The position numbers and the translations under genes were made by a program. Source: an uncultured Thermoleophilia bacterium (GTDB taxonomy: Bacteria > Actinomycetota > Thermoleophilia > UBA2241). Taken from it: DNA of 64,000 bases. Below are positions 63,424 through 64,000 of this stretch, piece by piece. Numbering within the stretch: the stretch's first letter is position 1; each line of letters opens with the position of its first letter. The notes under the pieces are model-generated. The model did not search any database. It was not told where the DNA came from and saw only the letters and a program-made list of their open reading frames with translations. The DNA lies in assembly GCA_963715985.1 (NCBI GenBank), contig CAVQSP010000020.1:32001-96000 (forward strand), read 5' to 3'.

Positions 63424-63668
63424 CCGGCGACGCGACCGAGGCGCTCGAGGAGGCGGCCCGCCTCCTCGACCAGCTCGGTCGCGCGCTCCAGGAGCGTCAT
63501 CTCGACCTCGCCGGAGGCGGAGGCGCCCAGACGCGGCTCCAGCTCCTCCAGCTGGGCGAGGATGGCGCGCACCCGGGCAATGGCCTCGGCCGGCTTGAGC
63601 GCCGCCTCGGCGGTGCCGCCGGCGACGGTCGGCGGCGCTTCCGCGGACACACCGGCCTCGTCATTCAC
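63420..63668 (-). CDS. Small helical protein in the xseB position (XseB-like, divergent)
   Basis: 82 aa two-helix pattern; overlaps nusB stop and ispA start. Confidence 0.5.
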   Translation of the reverse strand: MNDEAGVSAEAPPTVAGGTAEAALKPAEAIARVRAILAQLEELEPRLGASASGEVEMTLLERATELVEEAGRLLERLGRVAG

Positions 63669-64000
63669 CGTCGGCCTCCAGCTCGCGCTGGGCGGCACCG
63701 AGGACGCCGTTGACGAACGCTCCGGCCTCGTCGGTGGCGTACCGCTTGGCCAGCCGCACGGCCTCGTCGATGGCCACCTCGGGGGGCGCGGTGCCGCTCT
63801 CCATCTCCCACAGCGCCAGGCGCAGGATGCTGCGCTCAAGCGGCGCGATGCGGTCTATCGTCCAGCCGGTGGCGTGACGCGCGAGCGTGGCATCCAGCTC
63901 CTCGCGCGCGCCCTCCACGCCCCTCACGGCGGCGATGGTGTAGTCATCCGGGCCGTAGCCCTCGCGCAGTCGCTGACCCTGCACGACCTCTTCCATGCTG
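63661..64000 (-). CDS. nusB: Transcription antitermination factor NusB (5' end outside window)
   Basis: WTIDRI...ERSILRL, VAIDEAVRLAKRY, FVNGVL. Confidence 0.95.
   Translation of the reverse strand, partial: SMEEVVQGQRLREGYGPDDYTIAAVRGVEGAREELDATLARHATGWTIDRIAPLERSILRLALWEMESGTAPPEVAIDEAVRLAKRYATDEAGAFVNGVLGAAQRELEADGE

Overview
The window reads as three unrelated genomic pieces joined end to end; both joints cut genes on either side. (1) 1-~9120, about 65% GC by eye, Betaproteobacteria-like: an IS4 end, an exported protein, a Wzx flippase, an IS5, and two secreted proteins with different N-terminal domains on a shared Ig-like tail. The complete one also carries two thrombospondin-C-like domains. 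(2) ~9120-~13416, about 47% GC, Gammaproteobacteria (Methylococcales-like): truncated argJ, CDF transporter, tusA, PP-loop tRNA sulfurtransferase-like gene, truncated pilU. (3) ~13416-64000, about 70% GC, deep-branching Actinomycetota (Thermoleophilia-like), all on the minus strand: a long housekeeping run from nusB to cdsA, followed by a CDP-3,6-dideoxy/branched-sugar island with two GT-C glycosyltransferases. Taxonomic calls are inference from composition, gene order and protein style. Single-base frameshifts in essential genes (dxs, trmD, uppS) point to uncorrected long-read errors. Best leads: a structured intergenic repeat family with compensatory base changes, the modular secreted-protein pair, the yersiniose-like pathway in a monoderm, and a DRTGG protein in the FapR position. 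No rRNA, tRNA or CRISPR array was recognised.
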